DNA from: Vitrella brassicaformis CCMP3155
Lineage: Eukaryota; Protista; Chromerida
Length of the DNA: 64,000 nucleotides
Reading direction: 5' to 3'
NCBI GenBank assembly: GCA_001179505.1
Contig: CDMY01000373.1
Location: 31,784 to 95,783 of the forward strand
Every line of letters begins with the position of its first letter. Position 1 is the first letter of the stretch. Below the pieces are notes generated by a model. That model was not told the origin of the DNA. It ran no database searches and saw nothing but the letters and a program-made list of their open reading frames with translations. Shown one piece after another: positions 48,381-63,732 of this stretch. Position numbers and translations under genes: made by a program.

Positions 48381-50250
48381 ATGCGAGAGCACCGGCGGTT
48401 ATGGCTGATCCTCACCGGCGTCGTAGCATGCCTCCCAGAATGCATCCTCGGGTCGCTGACGTGGAACTACAACCAACAGGGGGCTGACTGGACCATGGGG
48501 GACTGCACGAGCGCAGAGCGGCAAAGCCCTATCAATATGTAAGCGCTCGGATGCTCATCATATCGCGTCGATGTGTGATCATCGTTGATCTGTGTGTGAG
48601 CGTGTGTGGTGGCTGCAGAGCGTCGCAGCACACGACGGCACTGGACGAGCCTTTCAGGTACAACTATGAGACCAAGGGCGGCAAGATATCGCTCATCAAC
48701 AACGGCCACACCCTAGAGGTGAAGAGGGAATCACACCAGCTGGTGCATCAAGGGCTGAATGTGTTCATTGTGCTGTGTGTGTGTGTGTGTGTTCAGGTGA
48801 TAGGTCAGCAGGCGCTGGGCCACCTGGACTACCGCGGCAACGTCTACCGGCTGGAGCAGATCCACTTCCACGCGCCGTCGGAACACACGTTCGAGAACCA
48901 GGCCAGGGAACTCGAGATGCACCTCCTACACATGAATGACGGTACACACACACACACACACACACACACACCGTCTGAGTGACGATGCACGCCCCTTGTG
49001 TGTGCCATGGTGCAGATCACGGCCTGATGGTTGTATCGCTGACCTTCTCGAGTGTCGGCGCGTCGGCAGCTCACCCATTCCTCACAGTGCTCGAGGCAAA
49101 GGTGCGTTCAGGCAGACGACAAACACCCACGCCTTGTGTCTGCCCACATCCCTTGTGTGTCCCTGTGTGTGTTCCGGCGTGTGTCAGGGTTTCCCCTCCG
49201 AGAATGGTCGTGTGGAGATCAACATGGAGGGCGGCGACGAGTTCAACCTCAACACCCTCATCAGCGACACCGAGGACTTCTACAAATACGCAGGATCGCT
49301 CACCACACCGCCATGCACCGAAAACGCCCAATGGTCTCTGTCCGAAGGACGGCCGACAGACGCACCGACGCACACGCACCTGTGTGGTGGTGGTGTGAAT
49401 GCCCTTGTGCGGTTGTTCAGGTTTGTGATGGCCCAGCCGTTGCTGGCCAAGGCGTCGCAGCTGGAACTGTTCACCAAAGCCTTCGCTTACCCAGGTGACT
49501 GAGTGACGGAGCGATCGGCGTTTTGAGGCATCCGCCATGCGCTGTGTGTGTGTGTCTGTCCGATCATGCAGGCACCCAGGGCAATTTCCGCATCATCCAA
49601 AACACCCCAGTACCGCACTCACAAACACAGATACGGCTGCCACTTTGGTCTTCTTACGTGCGCACACGCCCATTCAGGATCTGATGAAGAACCCACAGCA
49701 CGTTACCCGCGTCAAGTCCACCTACAGCCCGGACGACCCCGCTCTGCAGATACAGCAAGACACCACCGGGGAGACCATCAAACAGGTCGTGTGTGTGTGT
49801 GCGACGTTGTTCATGACAACAACAAAGCTGCTGCCTCTGTTCTGCTCTCTCCGTTCAGGAGCTGACGGGCCTCGGGACGACGGGAATGATCGTCCTGGTC
49901 ATCGGCAGCATACTCATACTGGCAGGGGTCAGCAGACAGCCACACTCCCACACCACAAACGGTGCCAGCCAAATGAGGCCGTGTGTGAATGACATATCCA
50001 GGTGGTGACCCTCTCGTTGGCGTGCATCATCAACCACTGCAAGCGGGCGCGCCTCGAGGCAGAGGAGGAGGACTACGGCCCCACACGGACGCTGCAGGGG
50101 TCCTACCAGAACTACGCCGCATCGCTGAATGCGCCCACCGTGCCCGTCAACTACAACATGCCTGGTGCTGGGCCCCCTGGGCAGCCGGCACCACCCCCAC
50201 CCCCACCACTGGCACCTGCTGCGGCGGCGGCAGCATCCGAGGCCAACTGA
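48381..50250 (+). CDS. Alpha-class carbonic anhydrase, type I membrane protein
   Basis: Signal peptide, WNY...W...C...QSPIN, NNGHT, QIHFHAPSEH, ELEMHLLH (three Zn-ligand His), YKYAGSLTTPPCTENAQW, GNFR. C-terminal TM (MIVLVIGSILILAG|VVTLSLACII) and Pro-rich tail. Confidence 0.93.
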
Positions 50251-50750
50251 GTGGGCGGTGGGGGGATGGGTGGATTGTGCAGAGGCTGGTGTGGTGTTGT
50301 GAATAATGGTGGTGGGGTGGCTTTGGTTGGATGCTCTTTTCTCTCTCTCTCTCGTGTATAGTGTTATATAAGGATGTGTGTGTGTTCCTGTCTCTCTCTG
50401 TGTGTGTGTGTGCGTGCGTGTGGCTAGTGGGAGACCTGTGCCTGCGTGGATGGACAAAAGGGGTGGGTCGCGTTGATAAAGCGCATGTATGGCTGCAGGC
50501 AAGTCCGTCGTCAGGGGTCTTTCCATCCACATGCGGTCACAACCTCACCTCCTACCCACTCACACACTCACAAGCGGCTCCTGCAAAGATCGGACGCACA
50601 CTGAAATAGAGTGAAGGACGAAGAAATAACCTACCTGTCAGTCAGCTATGCAGCTATTACACACAGCCAGACCAACGTACCCTTCGGTACCCATATGATA
50701 CACAGCACCGCACCGCCCCGCCCCGCCCACACACACACTCACACACTCAG

Positions 50751-52648
50751 CTATTTGATGCTGATGAGCTTCAGTTCTGAGTACGACGTCGCCCCCCACC
50801 CATTCACCGACGCAGGCACTATCAGCCGACGCACCTCGCCCTCACTCATCGATAAGAACGCCTCAGCCGACCAGGTAAGAAGCCGAGTGAAACCAACCGT
50901 TTGACCCCGATGCTGATGCCACACGTCGGCCGCGTCGAATGCGTCTTTCCACGAGATGTGGTCGAATGTGATTTGCTGTGTGAGGCGGGGTGTGGTGCCG
51001 TTGCCGGGCTGGACGATTCGGTAGAGCACACCGAGGGGGGTGCGCTTGTAGTCGCCGTCACCGCTGCAGCCAGCAGTGAATGGCACACACGTGCATCGAC
51101 CTGGAGGCGACGACGATCGTTTTCTTGTCACTTCCTGACCCACCTGTCGTCTGGGAGGGATAGGTCGATCTCGATGAGGATGCCGTACATGGCCGCCGTC
51201 TGCCCACACACACACACACAGGGATAAATAAGCATCTCTGCCTTCATCCATCCCTCCTCCCTCCCTCCCTCCCTCCCTCTGGCTCTTTGTGACCTTTTCG
51301 AAGAAGCGCTGCTCCGCAGGTGTGGCCATTCGGAGGGGCACACGCACGGCGTCCCTGAGGTAGGGCTTCCTGTCGCTGAAGGCGGCGGCCAGCCGTTTGC
51401 GGCGGTAGAAGTCGACCAGCCGGCGGATGTGCGCGTCGCTCACACTCTCAATCGGCGCCGACCACCTGAGCTCCGACAACAGAGGCAGGCACACACACAC
51501 ACACATGTGTTATCATCGTGAGGGCGGCTCGGTTGGTTGGGCTTACAGTGATGCGTCGTGTCTTCTGCCCAGCGCCACGTCGCCCATCTCGTCGATAGTG
51601 CTTTTCAGAGTCGATATCGTTCTGCCACAGACGTCGACGGAGCATATGGTCTCACTGTCACCGTACAGCGGTTTCAGGAATGGGTTGACGCTCTGCAGAC
51701 AGACGCGCAATGCAGAAGACAATGACACACACAGAGATGGGAACAAGGCGCTGCTTCCGTGTCCATCCGGCAGCCCACCTCTGTTTCGGTTTTGAGCAGC
51801 TCCATCTCTTGGTCCAGCTTTGCCTGCTCGGCGTCGAAGGCCTTGACGAAGGTCGCCACCGAACTTAGCAGCCCACTCAGCTTGGCGTGGGCCGTGCTCA
51901 CGACCGATTGCTGCTGCTGCTGCTGGGCTGTGCCGTCGTCGGGTTCTTTCAATGGCGAGAGCAGCAGCTTGATATAAAAGTCATGAGGGCCTACAAGACG
52001 GGACAGAGAGAGGATGGAAGGATGGATGGATGATGAGTGTGCTGACCTCACTTCGCCTCGCCTCCCCTCACCCCGCCCCTCACCCCGCCCCTCACCTTTC
52101 AGGTTCCGCCTGTGTGCCGCCTTGACGAGGTCATCCACGCCCTCCCTCTCCCCAGCAAAGATGGCGTTGCGTATGGACGAGAACGCCGCTGAGTCGACGT
52201 CGAGGAACATCCTCCCGCTGCTGTCCTTGAGGAAGCACTCGTCCCACCTGCCCGAGAACAGGGCTGCGAGGAGCGTCCCCTCCGCACCACTTGCCGTCAG
52301 GTGCCTCCGCCTCATCCTCGACACACTCCCTCCCACATTCAGATGCAGCAGATCGTCCTCACCGCTGCTGTTGCTGGCGGTCGTCGTAGCGCTCGTCGTC
52401 GACAGACCATTGCTGGCGTCAGCAGCTCCCTTGGTGCAGGCGAGAAAGATAGAGGCCATCTTGTTGGCCATGGGCTTGGTGGTCGATGCCGGTGTGGGGT
52501 GAGATCTCACTGACGCCTTGAGGTTGCGGTCCTTGATGCTCTCGCGCATGGCGCTGATCTCTTGGCGCTGAGCCTGCAGGCCTTCGAGGGCAAGACGGAC
52601 CTGTGTGTCGAGGGCACTCGTCGCCTCCACCCGATTCAGGGAACCCAT
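50751..52648 (-). CDS. KCTD-type BTB/POZ protein with C-terminal FKBP-like domain, paralogue 2
   Basis: LHLNVGGSVSRMRRRHL...TLLAALFSGRWDECFLKDSSGRMFLDVDSAAF. The middle exons are colinear with paralogue 1 (HDFYIKLLL, PFLKPLYG, RLVDFYRRKRL). The last exon reads GVLYRIVQPGNGTTP...WSAEAFLSMSEGEVRRLIVP...ELKLISIK*. Confidence 0.78.
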
Positions 52649-52798
52649 CCACACACACAACGCTAATCTTCCTCACTCGCAAACAGATCTTGAGCTCGCC
52701 ATTCTCCGGCCAGGTTTTCCGGGCCGCAGCTCGCTTTTTGTCGGTCCTGCTCTCTTTTCTGTCGTTTTCCTTTCCCTCTTGATAGCCTCGTTGTGTCG

Positions 52799-53713
52799 AT
52801 GGCCTCCCGTCTGATGATAGCCGCCGATGATAGCTTGTCGCCCCCTCACGGCGTCATCCGCCGCACAGCTCTGCCGGGCGACAACCCGTTTGAGACCCCG
52901 CCGCCCCGCCGGTTCTTCTACACCGAGGAGGAGCTGGATCGCATGTGCTGGGCGCCCAGGCCGCGGCGACGGGTGAGCTCAACACACGGAATGCACCGGA
53001 ATGCATCTGCACACACATGTCGGGTGTGTATGGCGCGGATGCATCCGCATGGGCGTGGAGGGAGTGGGAATGCATCAGATAGGCACCAGACTGACGTGTC
53101 TCTGCGCGGTGCTGTGCCGTGTTGCGCGTGATGCGTGTGTGCAGGTGCAGCGTACTCGCCTGGCCCGCAACAACGCGCCCGTCCCGTTTGCGGCGTTCAA
53201 CTTGGTGCCCGCCGACGCGAGCGTGGCAGGTTCGCACGTGGTGGTGCCGGAGCCCTCTCCCGAGCCATCGCCTCGCAACTCGCCCCCTCCCAAGGCCAGG
53301 GAGCGCCCCCGGCGGTCCGCCCGAATCATCGAACGCAAGAACTCCAATGTCGCTGCTGCTGTGCAGGTGGGAGGCGGTGGGGATGGATGGAGGGATGGAT
53401 GGGGCGATCTCTCTCTGTGTGATGTGTGATGTGTGGTGTGTGTGGTGTGTGTGGTGTGTGGTGTGTGGTGTGTCAGAGTGTTGCTGGTATGGTTGTGGAT
53501 TCGCCCGTCGTTGCCGAGGCCGCTGCTGCTGCTGTGGCTGTGGCGAAGGCGTCGCCCAAGACCGGCGGCGGCCAGAAGCGCGCCCGTGACGACAGCCACG
53601 GAGGCAACAAGCACAACCCCCGCGGCTCCATCGCACAGCAGCCCACCAGGCTGCCCTCGCCCAGCGGCAAGAAACTCAAGCGCACCACGGGCAGCCCCCA
53701 GCAGGCTGCCTGA
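52799..53713 (+). CDS. Hypothetical basic, Pro/Ser-rich disordered protein (three exons)
   Basis: MASRLMIAADDSLSP...APRPRRR|VQRTRLARNN...AAAVQ|SVAGMVVDSP...KRARDD...KKLKRTTGSPQQAA* with GT-AG introns; no domain recognised. Confidence 0.55.
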
Positions 53714-54946
53714 ACACACACACACTGATACGAGATGCACACTCCATCCACACACTCGATAGGGATGGACGGCATCTGGGATGCGGTTGGACAGGCAGAA
53801 AGATCGATAACGACTCGTTAGACAGGCAGCGGCATCATCTCGGTAGTATTCCTGACTCCCTGCGCAGAGAAACACACACCTGTTAACATCCATCATCTTC
53901 ATGCGCGTGGTTGTGGGTGTGGTTCCTTTCATTTCCATGGGATGGTTGGATGGATGGATGGATGGGGAGAGGGAGAGGGCGGAAGACAAGATAGACCAGG
54001 AAAGACGGCGGACGGATTGCTAACACCACACCACACCCCACCACACCACACCGCACCGCGTCTGTTTATCCGCTCTCCTCTCCTCGCTCCCCCATGTCGG
54101 TTGTTCACCCCCTCCCCCCCTCCATCCCCCCTGACACGCCCACCACACATCACATCACATTACACACATTTGCCTGCCTACATGGTGTGTTTGCTGTCGT
54201 GGCATGCGTCTGCTCGTCGAGTCTACCTCCCTCTCTCTACCGGCTGTGTGTGTGTGTGCGGCTATGCTGTGGTGAATGTCGTGGATGGTGCGGATTGCCT
54301 TGCGTACGGCTGGCTGGCTGCTGCTGGATATGTGGTGCGCGTGTGCGGTTGTGGGCCCCCCACTAGGGCTGCCTGCCTGTCTGTCTGTCCTCTTTCCGAA
54401 GCCTGAGGCCAGGGGGTGGAGGAGAGTAAGCAGAGGGACGGACAGAGCAGAGCAGGACAGCAGAAAGATGATGGGATGGGATGGGATGGGCGATGCACAC
54501 GTAGCTGCCTGCCTGCCTGCATGGATGGATGGATGTGAGTGCGGACCGACTGCGTTCATGGATATGGTGTGCTGTGGTGTGATGTGTCATGGTGCGGATG
54601 GCTGTCTGTCTGTCTGTTCCATGGGTTGTGTTGGGTCGGGAGGACACACCACACACGGGGTTGAGACCAAAGGGATTGAAAGAGCAGCGAAACGAACAAG
54701 AATGCGGGATTCAGGCAAAGCGAAATTCGACCCACACAACGTCCATCGGTCAACAACAGGCATACACACGTCAACACACGCCATGGCGTGCCAGGGCACG
54801 CACACAACAGCAGCACACCGCATCAGCACCACAACTCACCCATATGCATCATCCACCAGCTACACACACAACACACAACACACTACACACGCCCTCTCTC
54901 CCTCCACCAATATGTACAATCCTCCCCACCCTCCCCCTTGGTTGGT

Positions 54947-57830
<2,884 letters not shown>

Positions 57831-58073
57831 CTTGCTCACAAGCTACGAAAACAAAGCGCGGAACACTCCTTTAATCACCACTCCTCTAGCGCGCAAATCT
57901 TGCCCGGAAGATGAATCTGGCCGCTGCATGGGGCTTTGGCCCACAGCGAGCTACGCAATTTCTCCTCAGGGCTGTCAGAGCCGCCCGGCATTCTCCCCCG
58001 AATCCCATTTCATCCCAATCATCCCCTCGAATCATCCTATCGTCGAGCCTGAGAGCGATTTTGTCAGTGAGTC

Positions 58074-58937
58074 ATGTCCCGCTTCCCGTCTCTGTTGGGA
58101 GGGTCTGTCCTCTTGATCGTGGTGATCATCTGCAATGAGCGCGGTGCGATGGCCGCCGTCCTCCTTCGCCGCAGCACCGAGGGAGAGACGTGCACCATGA
58201 CCTTCGTAAGCACAAACACATACACGAGCCTAGGCATCGACCACGGCCATTCACTCACTTGTCAATGAGCTCTCGTGTATGTCTGTATCTGCAGAAGCCT
58301 CAGGGCAAGGTCGATCAGACCAAAGGCAAACCACCCTTTGTGGAGTTCCACTTCGGCTACAAGGAAGGCGACGTGAAAGGCTGCCCCAACAAGGACTTGA
58401 CAGTGAGCCGCACCCACATGATATGGTCACATGCACTGGAAGTTCCACATGCCGGGTGTGTTTTGATAAATGCAGTGCCTGATCAGTGGGGAGATCAAGG
58501 AGGACAAGAGCGGCAAGTCAGCCACGGCCTCCGGCAAGTGCTCCAAGGACAGGAAGGGGTGCGTTGCCGACTCTCTCGGCAAAGACAAGGACGGCGAGCC
58601 CCTCTGCATGGTAAATCGACGGCAACAGCCTCTGTCTCTTTTCGTATGCCTGTTGCGTGGGTGCGCAGACGGTCACGGGCCCCGTGATAGCCTCCAAAGG
58701 GAGCGACACGGTCCAAGACCCGCAGATCAAGGCAATTTTTCCGGGTGTGTGACTGACGAACTTTCACATATGCACACGTGCGCAATGATGGTGGTGTGCA
58801 TGGCCCTTAGGTACGAGCGGATCATTTGGAATTGTGAAGCCAGAGGTGCCCGCCTGACCGAACAACAAGCACCTGAGGATCGATCCTGTCGGACAGGCGT
58901 CAGAGTGAATGCTCATGACCGAGACCTTTTCTCTTGA
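58074..58937 (+). CDS. Hypothetical small secreted Cys/Lys-containing protein (five exons)
   Basis: Signal-like MSRFPSLLGGSVLLIVVIIC. In-frame GT-AG spliced exons KPQGKVDQ...GCPNKDLT|CLISGEIKED...CSKDRKGC...PLCM|TVTG...|YERIIWNCEARG...DLFS*. Confidence 0.55.
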
Positions 58938-59256
58938 ATGCATCATTTCAGGCGGTGAGTGAATGAGCCTCGAGCTGACAGAGGAGTCATGGCATGACTA
59001 ATGTCTCAACGAACGAATGAAACACATCGCTCGGACGTGTAAAAGGCAACCAAGTTGAACCCCAAGCTAAAACAAGTTTGTCGTTGTGTATCCCCCACTG
59101 TGATCACCACTGAAGCTGAAAGTGTACACAATACATACACAACGACAAACGGTTGCAGGAGCGGTCGCAAGACAGACACAAGCAACGCAGCTGACAGACA
59201 GACAGGCATCACCGCCAACAGAGTCACCAGTCGGCCAATCGATCGACCGCAACAAG

Positions 59257-59824
59257 ATGCTTCGCCTCATGGTGGCTCTGGCGCAGCTGCTGCTGCTGGT
59301 GTGTCGCTGCAGCGGTGTGACGTCGCTTGCGGGCGTCAAGAGACACGCTGACAGCCAATACCCGTAAGCACACGAAGGGAGCGAGGGAGATTCTTTCACT
59401 CATTCACACGTGTCTCGTGGTGTTTGTCTCAAGTGTGTGTGACGTCGCCATCAACGGCTCCGTCTGTCATTCTTCGGGTGCTGGTGTGCTGTTGTCCGAG
59501 GCGCGCCAATACGGACGCGTTGCCAAATACTCGTTCGACAGCAGCGGACCACTCGACAGGCACACAACACACACACACAGACAGACATCGACGCACTCCC
59601 ACACACATGTCTCTTTCTGTTCTCTGTGCTCACACATGCAGTTCTGGTTTTGCAAATCACGGTGTGAATGGCGACATGATTCTGGCGGCGCCGTCTCTGT
59701 TCGCCGGTCGCAGCGGTGCCGTCTTCTCGGTCGACGACAGCCCGTACCTGCGGGTGCCCCACTCGCCGCTGCTGCTGCACTCGAGTGACTTCACCATCAT
59801 GGGATGGTTCGCCATCCAACAGCC
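59257..59824 (+). CDS. Partial 5' copy of the LamG-like gene, truncated by the gap
   Basis: MLRLMVALAQLLLLVCRCSG... colinear with 60686 onward until the N run. Confidence 0.6.
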
Positions 59825-60124
59825 NNNNNNNNNNNNNNNNNNNNNNNNNNNNNNNNNNNNNNNNNNNNNNNNNNNNNNNNNNNNNNNNNNNNNNNNNNNN
59901 NNNNNNNNNNNNNNNNNNNNNNNNNNNNNNNNNNNNNNNNNNNNNNNNNNNNNNNNNNNNNNNNNNNNNNNNNNNNNNNNNNNNNNNNNNNNNNNNNNNN
60001 NNNNNNNNNNNNNNNNNNNNNNNNNNNNNNNNNNNNNNNNNNNNNNNNNNNNNNNNNNNNNNNNNNNNNNNNNNNNNNNNNNNNNNNNNNNNNNNNNNNN
60101 NNNNNNNNNNNNNNNNNNNNNNNN
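59825..60124. other. Assembly gap (300 N)
   Basis: N run. Confidence 0.98.
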
Positions 60125-60685
60125 CAGATCAAGGCAATTTTTCCGGGTGTGTGACTGACGAACTTTCACATATGCACACGTGCGCAATGATGGTGGTGTG
60201 CATGGCCCTTAGGTACGAGCGGATCATTTGGAATTGTGAAGCCAGAGGTGCCCGCCTGACCGAACAACAACAAGCACCTGAGGATCGATCCTGTCGGACA
60301 GGCGTCAGAGTGAAGGCTCATGACCGAGACCTTTTCTCTTGAATGCATCATTTCAGGCGGTGAGTGAATGAGCCTCGAGCTGACAGAGGAGTCATGGCAT
60401 GACTAATGTTTCAACGAATGAATGAAACACATCGCTCGGATAATACTTATACGATTGGCAAAAATGCACACGCACCCCGTGCCAAATGTCGCCAACCCAC
60501 AACACGGGGGACAAGATCAAGTCCTCCCCCCCGATCCCCATCTCCCACTGTGATCACCACTGAAAGTACACAAAACATACACGACGACAAACGTTTGCAG
60601 GAGCGGTCGCTCGCCGCCGCTGACAGACAGACAGGCATCACCGCCAACAGAGTCACCAGTCAGCCAATCGATCGACCGCAACAAG

Positions 60686-62201
60686 ATGCTTCGCGTGGTG
60701 GTGGCTCTGGCGCAGCTGCTGCTGCTGGTGTGTCGCTGCAGCGGTGTGACGTCGCTTGCGGGCGTCAAGAGACACGCTGACAGCCAATACCCGTAAGCAC
60801 ACGAAGGGAGCGAGGGAGGTTCTTTCACTCATTCACACGTGTCTCGTGGTGTTTGTCTCAAGTGTGTGTGACGTCGCCATCAACGGCTCCGTCTGTCATT
60901 CTTCGGGTGCTGGTGTGCTGTTGTCCGAGGCGCGCCAATACGGACGCGTTGCCAAATACTCGTTCGACAGCAGCGGACCACTCGACAGGCACACAACACA
61001 CACACACAGACAGACATCGACGCACTCCCACACACATGTCTCTTTCTGTTCTCTGTGCTCACACATGCAGTTCTGGTTTTGCAAATCACGGTGTGAATGG
61101 CGACATGATTCTGGCGGCGCCGTCTCTGTTCGCCGGTCGCAGCGGTGCCGTCTTCTCGGTCGACGACAGCCCGTACCTGCGGGTGCCCCACTCGCCGCTG
61201 CTGCTGCACTCGAGTGACTTCACCATCATGGGATGGTTCGCCATCCAACAGCCACGCTGGCTTTCCCGCCGGCACATGTACCCTCCGCTTTGTCCTTTGG
61301 TCCTCAAAGGCCGCCTGCCCACCACACACACTGGTGGCAACGGCAAGCGCGTCGAAATGAGCCCCGCCCTGATGTACAACACCACATCGCTGCGCCTCAA
61401 AGTCCTGCTGTCCACCACCTCGTCCGGCGCCACAGCAGTCGAGACACTCGACAGCAACGCCAGACTCTCACTCGTACGCACACACACACACACACACGCA
61501 CACACAGACACAGACATCTGCGTCTCCGTCCCTCTGTCTGTGTCCAGCACGTGTGGACACATCTGGCGGTGGTGCGGCACTCCCAGCGGCTGAGGGTGTA
61601 TGTCGACGGCCTCCTCGACAGCACGCTGCTGACGGTCGGCCTCACTCGCCCAAACGCCGAGCCGCTCTACATCGGCGGCGCGCCCCGGACGCAGACGGCC
61701 TGTCGAGCCCCTATTTTGGTCGACGAGCTGAAGGTCTTCAACCGCTCCCTGTCGATGGCCGAGGTCATGGCCGAGGGCAACGCGGGAGTGGCGGGGAGCG
61801 AACAGGGCTTCGTTCGGCTGTCGTGCGCCCACTGCACCATGGCCGAGGGAGTGAGGGGCTGCCGAAACACAGCGGGATACCACTTCTGCACCACAAGGGG
61901 GCTGCAGTCGGGCGGTATGTAATAATCATGACGACACACAAAGGCAGACAATCCATTCATCGTCGTCACATGTGTGTGTGTCTGGCAGCTTTGGCTGTCG
62001 CTCGTCAGCTCGGCTGGTATGTGACGGGCAAGACGGCCGTCCTCTCGCAACCCAACAAAGAGACGATACAGACACCAAGTGAGACACACACGAGGTGATT
62101 GCCGCGTGAGCATGTCAGCGTGTGTGTGTGTGTGTGTGTGTGTGTAAGGCTCGTCTGAGGGTCTGGGGCTGTGCTGCCGAGACCAAATGGCCACCCAATG
62201 A
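60686..62201 (+). CDS. Secreted LamG/pentraxin-like protein with Cys-rich C-terminal module (paralogue of 46461-48234)
   Basis: Signal peptide MLRVVVALAQLLLLVCRCSG. KYSFDSSGPLD|SSGFANHG, FTIMGWF, WTHLAVVRHSQRLRVYVDGLLD, PLYIGG, VDELKVFNRSL, LSCAHCTMAE...GYHFCT...VARQLGW...GLGLCCRD. Confidence 0.82.
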
Positions 62202-62437
62202 ATGATGACAATGATACAAGACGCGACAGCAGCAGCAACAGCACAGACTGAGTTGTCCTTGATGGAAGCACAGAGTCTGTTCGTGTGTGGTTGCATCTCA
62301 CTACCAATACGCATGGACACTCTCAGTCTGTCTGTGTGACAAAACGATCGAGCAAAGGAATGGATTCTCTAACACAGCTTCCTACTTGTCTCGCTCAACA
62401 GCATTCTTCGCCGCTCGCCCCTTGCCCCCGCAATAAA

Positions 62438-63650
62438 TCACTTCTTGGCTTTCCCCTTGGCCTTGCCCTTGCCCCCCTTGCCCTTGGCTCTCTTCTTGGG
62501 CTTGGCGACCACCCTGCCCTCCACCACCACATGCTCCACTTCGTGCTCGTCATCGTCGTCATCCTCATCGTCGCCCTCGTCGTCGCCATCGCCGCCCGCC
62601 GCATTCAGCTCGTCGTCATCGCCCACTGAGAAGACACACACACACACACACACGCCCGCACGCCCGCACGCACAGAGAGAGAGAGAGAGAGTGACATAGG
62701 CGTGGATTGGGGCTCGGGTGGGTGTCTTGTCTTTTCTCCTCCGCACCTCTGCCGAGTCTGTCTGCCGCACCGCTCGCCACCACCCGGTCAGCATCCAGCT
62801 GGCCCCCGAAAGAGGCCGTCTGGTTCGGCACGGTGCGCTCCAAGTTCATCGTCACCATCGACCGCAGCTGCGCATTCTCAGAACTGCACATGGTCGACAA
62901 AGCGACACCACCATTTGTCCCACACACCAACTTTGCTCTCTTCCATCTCACCGCAGTTTTGCAATCTCGTGCAGCAAGGCCTGGTCAGCCTCCGGACGTG
63001 TGAGAGAGCGCGTGTAGGTGGGGTGGTGCACGGGGAGCGGCTGGACGGGGCTGGTGGGAGGGGCGGGAGGTACGTGCGGGTGGAGGGGCGAGTAGGGAAC
63101 CGACCCTGGCATATATGGCTGCCGCTGCCACTGCACACACACACAAGCACATTCACAAGCACCACAGGCCAACGAGCAACAACTTGAAACCACCCTTTCT
63201 GTTCTTCTTGTCTCCTCCCCCCTCGCCCCTCTCCCCCACCCCACTGACCACATTGGGGCTGTTTGGAGGAGCCGGCACTGCGGGGCTCACAGGCCCCATC
63301 GTCCCGTACCAGGTCACCTCACGCGGCGGCAGCAGCAGCCCCTGTGGACGCGGGGGAGGGGCCACAATCAACGGCTCCTTCATCACCATCCCATGGTGGC
63401 TCCCAACCGGTGTGGGCGGGGCTGAGGGTCCCAGCATCACGCTGCTGTAGGCTCTTCTGTCCATTTGGCTGGTGGAGGCACCGCCGAGAGGCGTCAGCAG
63501 CTCCGCGGGGCGGGGGGGCTGCGGCACCGTTGTGTTGAGGGGAATCATATTGGAGGGCGTATAAACGAAGCTGGTCTGAGGGAGGTAGTGGGGGTAGTGC
63601 CCGAAGGCCTGGGGCTCACGCTTCGGACCAAACTGATGGTGAAACGCCAT
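62438..63650 (-). CDS. Hypothetical Pro-rich protein with short coiled coil, acidic tract and Lys-rich C-terminus
   Basis: MAFHHQFGPKREPQ... plus exons EADQALLHEIAKL / SENAQLRSMVTMNL and DDEGDDEDDDDDEHEVEH...KPKKRAKGKGGKGKAKGKAKK*. The exon joins are approximate. Confidence 0.5.
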
Positions 63651-63732
63651 GGGAAATCGGTTGATACCAAACACTGAGAGGGAACCGAAGGGACGAAATG
63701 GGGGCGGGGGCGGGGGGCGGGGATCCGATCGT

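Larger units (their letters stand above)
58723..61253 (+). repeat. Direct duplication 58723-59824 / 60125-61253 abutting a gap (haplotype overlap or tandem duplicate)
   Basis: Copy 1 ends and copy 2 begins exactly at the N run. The copies are near-identical except for a divergent patch (about 59040-59200 vs 60440-60620) and small indels. Confidence 0.9.

Noticed and set aside
1-52648. A dedicated proteostasis/ubiquitin gene cluster (MATH, HSF, F-box, two BTB, UBX, DnaJ)
   Set aside because: These families are large in such genomes and are interspersed with unrelated genes, so chance is sufficient. Only the UBX/DnaJ pair is kept as a finding.
53720-54940. ORFs between the hypothetical gene and gamma-tubulin
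   Set aside because: Simple-repeat-rich convergent 3' region with no coding signal.
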